From: Dehalococcoidia bacterium | GTDB taxonomy: Bacteria > Chloroflexota > Dehalococcoidia > Lucifugimonadales > QGNO01 | DNA length: 64,000 bases | Reading direction: 5' to 3' | Assembly: GCA_965197965.1 (NCBI GenBank) | Contig: OZ240235.1 | Location: forward strand, 859,037-923,036 | Shown here: positions 59,390 to 64,000 of the stretch, piece by piece | Layout of the letters: each line of letters opens with the position of its first letter | How positions within the stretch are numbered: position 1 is the first letter of the stretch | Translations under genes and position numbers: made by a program | Notes under the pieces: generated by a model | The model's input: only the letters and a program-made list of their open reading frames with translations | Databases searched by the model: none | Told to the model about the DNA's origin: nothing

Positions 59390-60397
59390 ATGTCCAACCT
59401 GCCTGTGATCGCAGTTACCATGGGAGACCCCTGTGGCATAGGGCCGGAAGTCGTTGCCAGGGCGCTGCGCAGCGAGGAAGTCCGCGCCACCTGCCTTCCC
59501 CTGGTGGTGGGCAACGTCTCGATCATGGAAGAGGGCCTGCGAGCGACCGGGGTGTCGCTTAGGGTTGAAGAGGTGGAAGGCCCTGGCAGCATCGATGCGT
59601 CGCCGGAAGTGGTTTCCGTGCTGGACATGCACAACCTCAACCCGGAAGACGTAGAGTGGGGACAAATATCTCCCGAGGCGGGCCGCGCCAGCATGGAGTG
59701 GGCGAAAGCGGCGGCGGAGCTATGCCTGAGTGGCGAGGCGCAAGCCATGGCCACGGCGCCCATACACAAGGAGGCGGCGTCTCTGGCGGGATACAAAGAC
59801 GTCGGCCACATGGAGGTGCTGCAGTCCATGACCAAGTCGCCCCAGGTGGCCACTATGCTGATATCGGGAACATTGCGGGTGGTGCACCTGACCACGCACC
59901 GCTCACTGCGCAGGGCGCCGGACTCCGTGACCAGGGAAAACGTCCTTGCCAAGATAATGCTCACTCACGACTGTTTCAGGCAGTGGGGCTTCGAGCATCC
60001 TCGCATTGGCGTGGCGGCGCTGAACCCCCACGCCTCTGATGGCGGGCTGCTCGGAGATGAAGAAGCCACCGCCATAGAGCCCGCGGTAAACGAGGCGCGC
60101 GACAAGGGAGTGGAGGCCACCGGTCCCGTGCCTGCTGACACCATATTCAACCAGGCTATAGACGGGAAATACGACGCGGTGCTTGCCATGTACCATGACC
60201 AGGGGCACATCCCGGTCAAAGTCTACGGCTTTGAGGAAAGCGTGAGCATAAATCTGGGTCTGCCGCTTCTCCGCACCTCCGTGGACCACGGCACGGCCTA
60301 TGACATCGCGGGAAAGGGAGTGGCCCAAGCCACCAGCATGATAGAAGCTATCAAGCTGGCGGCATCGGTCGCTTCAGGAAAGGGGCTGCCGCGCTGA
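59390..60397 (+). CDS. pdxA: 4-hydroxythreonine-4-phosphate dehydrogenase family (PdxA/PdxA2)
   Basis: TMGDPCGIGPE, TAPIHK, LNPHA, AMYHDQG, RTSVDHGTAYDIAG. Confidence 0.93.
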   Translation: MSNLPVIAVTMGDPCGIGPEVVARALRSEEVRATCLPLVVGNVSIMEEGLRATGVSLRVEEVEGPGSIDASPEVVSVLDMHNLNPEDVEWGQISPEAGRASMEWAKAAAELCLSGEAQAMATAPIHKEAASLAGYKDVGHMEVLQSMTKSPQVATMLISGTLRVVHLTTHRSLRRAPDSVTRENVLAKIMLTHDCFRQWGFEHPRIGVAALNPHASDGGLLGDEEATAIEPAVNEARDKGVEATGPVPADTIFNQAIDGKYDAVLAMYHDQGHIPVKVYGFEESVSINLGLPLLRTSVDHGTAYDIAGKGVAQATSMIEAIKLAASVASGKGLPR

Positions 60398-60476
60398 GGG
60401 TCGCGCCTGGACCAGCTGCGTCCTGCTTTTCAACGCCCTACTTGCTATAATAGAGCATCGCTTCTGTGGAGCACTG

Positions 60477-61283
60477 ATGGAGATATCGTTCATAGGTGGA
60501 GGCGCCATGGCGGAGGCCATAATCGCCGGCATATTGCGTCAGGGCGTAGCCCAGCCGCGGGAAATATGCGCCGGAGAGCCCCTGCAGGCACGCCGCGAGT
60601 ACCTAGCCAAGCAGCACGGAATAGCCGTGACCAGCGATAACGTAGAGGCGGCGCGCCACGGTGAACTGGTGGTGCTGGCGGTGAAACCGCAGAACCTCAG
60701 CGACGTGGCGCAACAGCTCACAGGCGCATTGCGAGAAGACCAGACCGCGATCTCCATCATAGCCGGAGCCAGGATGGAGACGCTGGCCGAGGGCCTGTCG
60801 CATCGGAACGTGATCCGGGTCATGCCAAACACGCCGTCCCGCATTGGTGAAGGCATGAGTCTCTGGCTAGCTTCGGCATCGGTTGGGGAGTCGCACAAAG
60901 AAACGGCGCGTATCATCCTGCAAACGCTGGGTGAGGAGATAGAGGTCAGCGACGAGAAATACCTGGACATGGGCACGGCGCTGAGCGCCGGCGGGCCGGC
61001 CTACGTCTTTCTCTTTCTGGAGAGCCTGATAGACGCCGGCGTTTATATGGGAATGTCCCGTGACATGGCCGGCAAGATGGCATTACAGACCTTGTTGGGA
61101 AGCGCTAAGCTGGCCAAAGAGTCGGGGGAGCACCCAGCCCAGCTCCGTGATATGGTAACGTCTCCGGGCGGCACAACGGCGGAGGCGCTGAAGGTGTTGG
61201 AGGAGAAGGGGTTCAGGGATGCCGTGATCAATGCGGTGGTGGCCGCTTACCAGAAGTCGAAACAGCTAGGAGAGAACGGATAA
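60477..61283 (+). CDS. proC: Pyrroline-5-carboxylate reductase
   Basis: FIGGGAMA, LAVKPQ, RVMPNTP, GPAY, VTSPGGTT; extended -10 TGCTATAAT at 60443. Confidence 0.96.
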   Translation: MEISFIGGGAMAEAIIAGILRQGVAQPREICAGEPLQARREYLAKQHGIAVTSDNVEAARHGELVVLAVKPQNLSDVAQQLTGALREDQTAISIIAGARMETLAEGLSHRNVIRVMPNTPSRIGEGMSLWLASASVGESHKETARIILQTLGEEIEVSDEKYLDMGTALSAGGPAYVFLFLESLIDAGVYMGMSRDMAGKMALQTLLGSAKLAKESGEHPAQLRDMVTSPGGTTAEALKVLEEKGFRDAVINAVVAAYQKSKQLGENG

Positions 61284-61285
61284 GC

Positions 61286-61534
61286 ATGGATCAACTAATA
61301 GGCGCGGTAGGCATGTTCCTGTACCTGGTAATTCTAGCCAGGGTTATACTGTCTTGGTTTCCCAACGTGTCGTACAACAACCCCATCGTTCAGTTCGTCT
61401 ATGCTGTGACCGAGCCTATGCTATCGCCTATACGGCGCGTTTTGCCCAAAACTGGTTTGTTCGATTTCACGCCGATGGTGGCCATAATAGTCATATTCAT
61501 CGTCCAGCAGGTCCTTCTGCAGCTCTTCGGGTAA
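61286..61534 (+). CDS. yggT: YggT family membrane protein
   Basis: ILSWFP..NPIVQFVYAVTEPMLSPIRRVLP..FDFTP. Confidence 0.92.
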   Translation: MDQLIGAVGMFLYLVILARVILSWFPNVSYNNPIVQFVYAVTEPMLSPIRRVLPKTGLFDFTPMVAIIVIFIVQQVLLQLFG

Positions 61535-61638
61535 GTGCCGCTTCATCCCCCCAACCCTGGGCGCGGGCAGCGCGTGGGAATGTTCTCGAATCGGCGTATT
61601 ATACTTGGCAGCAGAGACTAATACAGGAGAAGACAGCT

Positions 61639-62049
61639 ATGGCTATGGCTTTACGAGTGGTCGGCGGCTTATTGATGGTGTACGCCACGCTGTACCTGGC
61701 GCAATTCCTCTTCAACACGCTCTACGACAACCCGCAACAGGTCTGGGATGTAATGAACTACGTCTCCGCGCTGGCTATCCTCATCGCACTCGCAGTGAAC
61801 TTCCAACACATGCGCTCGCAGTCCGGCGGCGGTGAACCACTCAACCTCGCACGGCTCGGCGCGCACATCCTGTTCTACGCCAATGCGGTACTCGCCATCT
61901 GGTTCTTCCGCAACTGGATCTACCTGCTGGCGCTGGACGAGGGTCAGCCAGCCAGCGTCCCTGTGGACGTCATTTGGGATTTCGTTGCCGCAATGATCCC
62001 GCTGGTTCTCGCCACTACCGGGCACAGGCTCTGGCAGAGGGGTGTGTAG
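61639..62049 (+). CDS. Hypothetical four-helix membrane protein
   Basis: AGGAGA RBS, four hydrophobic segments. Confidence 0.7.
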   Translation: MAMALRVVGGLLMVYATLYLAQFLFNTLYDNPQQVWDVMNYVSALAILIALAVNFQHMRSQSGGGEPLNLARLGAHILFYANAVLAIWFFRNWIYLLALDEGQPASVPVDVIWDFVAAMIPLVLATTGHRLWQRGV

Positions 62050-62209
62050 CACCTCTGCACCGCATGATGAGATTCTTCTGAAGTGTCTGTATCACTGCGG
62101 GAAAGAGCAACTCCGAGGAGAGGGGACGAGAAGTGTAGCCTATGGGTAACTCAAGACGCAGTGGTGTTACTCTCCGTAGACTAGGAATACACGTACAGGG
62201 GAAATTCGG

Positions 62210-63172
62210 TCAGGCCAATTTGTCGATCTCTACCAGCCCTTTGGCAATGCGCCTTCGCAGATCCTCGGCCTTCTCCGGCGTCCACTCATAAAACCCCTTG
62301 CCCGCCTTAACACCGCTGTACCCCCGCTCGACCATGTCATAAAGAAGGGAAGGAGCATCGGAGGTAGAGAGTTGAGGAAACACATCCGACGCGACGCGCA
62401 ATATCAGATCCCAGCCGGCGACTTCTAGGACTTGGAGCACCCCTGCAGTCGCCCAACGTCGTCCAAGTCCGGCGCTAATGGCTTTATCAACGTCTTCCGC
62501 TGACGCGACCCCGTCCTCTACCAGCCATAGGGCTTCTCGGAGAAGGGCCATCTGCAGGCGGTTCACAACGAAGCCCGGAACCTCACGCTTCATCAAGAGC
62601 GGCTGTTTGCCAAGAGAGGTCAACAGTTCCATAACGACACCGGTAGTCTCTTCAGAGGTCTGTGCCGTCGGGATTACCTCTACGAGCGGAACGAAGAGAG
62701 GCGGATTGAGGAAATGGGCGCCGATGACCTTGTCCGGTCGTGTCGTCGCTGCGGCGAGGCTGCTGGGCAACAAGCTGGACGTGTTGCTGGCGAGAATGGT
62801 CCGGTCGGAGCATAGCTCGTCAAGTTGACGGAATATCTCGGTCTTGGCGTCCAAGTCCTCGTATATCGACTCGATCACCAAATCGGCGTCCTCGACCATC
62901 TCCACCAAGTCGGTGCTCATTCTAATGCGTGCTGGTACCGACTCCGCCTGCTGGCCGGAGACGTCGCCAAGGTCGCGCAGGCGTTCCAGGCTTTCCCCAA
63001 TCATTTCCCTCGCTTGGTCGAGACTATGTTCGGAACTGGAATGAAGCCGAACGTCGTAGCCCGCAAGGGCAAACTCAATGGCGATGCCGTGTCCCATAAG
63101 ACCGGCGCCAATAACCGAAACACCGCGGATGTTGGACGCGTTTTCTTTGTGTGTAAGGTCGCCGTATTTCAT
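62210..63172 (-). CDS. 3-hydroxyacyl-CoA dehydrogenase family protein
   Basis: VIGAGLMGHGIA, ESIYEDL, ASNTSS, HFLNPP, PGFVVNRLQ, GKGFYEW. Confidence 0.92.
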   Translation of the reverse strand: MKYGDLTHKENASNIRGVSVIGAGLMGHGIAIEFALAGYDVRLHSSSEHSLDQAREMIGESLERLRDLGDVSGQQAESVPARIRMSTDLVEMVEDADLVIESIYEDLDAKTEIFRQLDELCSDRTILASNTSSLLPSSLAAATTRPDKVIGAHFLNPPLFVPLVEVIPTAQTSEETTGVVMELLTSLGKQPLLMKREVPGFVVNRLQMALLREALWLVEDGVASAEDVDKAISAGLGRRWATAGVLQVLEVAGWDLILRVASDVFPQLSTSDAPSLLYDMVERGYSGVKAGKGFYEWTPEKAEDLRRRIAKGLVEIDKLA

Positions 63173-63595
63173 GGATAGACTTCTTATTTGGCCTCTCAAA
63201 CACTATCCCCTCCTACCGCGGAGGCGTTTGAGAGGCTTCAGACTAGGTTAAGAACAGTTCTAGGAGGATAAGGATACATCATTCCTGTTTGTTCTTGATG
63301 CACATGCGCACCCCAGCCACCGACGTGATCTCGACATCCTTGCCATTCAGACAGATGATGAAAATCCTGTGTCCTGCATCGCCTGTCATGAAGCTTACGT
63401 TGCACATCTTAGTCCTAGCCTACGCCTCCACATACTCTCTGAAAGCGACTATGTCACCTGATAGGCGTATTCCTTGTAGTCTCGGTCGGCCTCTTTCAAC
63501 TACAGGCCGCCTGATGCTTTTAGTAGAACCTCCTTATCCCACGGCTACTATAGCCTCGTAGGCGCTACAAAAGTGGTATGGCAACCCTTTAAATA

Positions 63596-63693
63596 TGGCG
63601 GGAGCGCGAGGGAGTCGAACCCACCCCCCGGCGCGCTAGCGCCGGGGCAACGGATTTGAAGTCCGCGAGAGCCACCGGGCCCCATCCGCTCCC
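63596..63693 (-). tRNA. selC: tRNA-Sec (UCA)
   Basis: 6-bp D stem with CGGU loop, GCGGA-CUUCAAA-UCCGU anticodon arm, 9-bp variable arm, UUCGACU T loop, encoded GCCA end. Confidence 0.95.
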
Positions 63694-63703
63694 AACAAGG
63701 AAA

Positions 63704-63734
63704 CAGAGCCCTACACCAAACGGTGAGGGCTCTG
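63704..63734 (-). terminator. Hairpin between trxA and selC
   Basis: CAGAGCCCT...AGGGCTCTG stem with a minus-strand TTTCCTTGTT tail. Confidence 0.5.
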
Positions 63735-63758
63735 AATTATACCAGAGTCAGCCGGGAG

Positions 63759-64000
63759 TTAGGCCAGAGCGTTTTCCAGCCTCTTCTTCAGAACAGCCTT
63801 GGGAACGGCGCCCACCACCTGATCCACGGGGCTGCCGCCCTTGAATACCAGCAGCGTAGGTATGCTCCGTATGCCGAACTTCATTGCTATGTTGGGTTCA
63901 GAGTCAACGTCGATCTTGGTAAAGGATACCCGACCGTCGTACTCCTCTGCCAATTCGTCTACTATAGGCGCGACTATTTTGCAGGGCATGCACCAATCGG
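63759..64000 (-). CDS. trxA: Thioredoxin (5' end outside window)
   Basis: DWCMPCK, KIDVD, FGIRSIPTL, VGAVPK. Confidence 0.93.
   Translation of the reverse strand, partial: DWCMPCKIVAPIVDELAEEYDGRVSFTKIDVDSEPNIAMKFGIRSIPTLLVFKGGSPVDQVVGAVPKAVLKKRLENALA

Noticed and set aside
1-64000. Selenoprotein genes with in-frame UGA
   Set aside because: Despite selB and selC, I saw no gene with UGA at a conserved Cys position; a systematic bSECIS scan was not possible.

Overview
A mostly housekeeping region of a GC-rich bacterial chromosome. The lineage is most likely Chloroflexota (Dehalococcoidia/SAR202-like); this is inferred from the rsmH-ftsA-ftsZ cluster lacking mur/ftsI genes, an F420-linked reductase, the amidase/MaoC/CaiB-type enzymes and the Pro/Thr-linker lipoproteins. 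Core genes: nuoBA, holA, ychF, hemW, selB, nurA-HAS barrel-herA, ldh, nfo, def, tRNA nucleotidyltransferase, secDF, priA, rplS, trmD, moaB, rsmH, ftsAZ, nrdR-nrdJ, pdxA, proC, yggT, tRNA-Sec and trxA. Most interesting: (1) a TetR-led classical menaquinone cluster (menF, D, H, C, B, A, thioesterase) with no menE in the window but a class III CoA-transferase directly upstream of menB, and menC on the opposite strand; (2) an ApeA/HEPN-like putative defence gene flanked by a 106-bp duplication of the overlapping oppD/holA 3' ends; (3) a small-subunit + amidase + two PAL-like lyase operon suggesting an amide-releasing catabolic route. Smaller signals: a Cys-rich sORF between nrdR and nrdJ, structured intergenic elements, a DUF5678-retropepsin pair and a probable CC-adding enzyme. 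All calls come from motifs and gene context read by eye; no database search was run.
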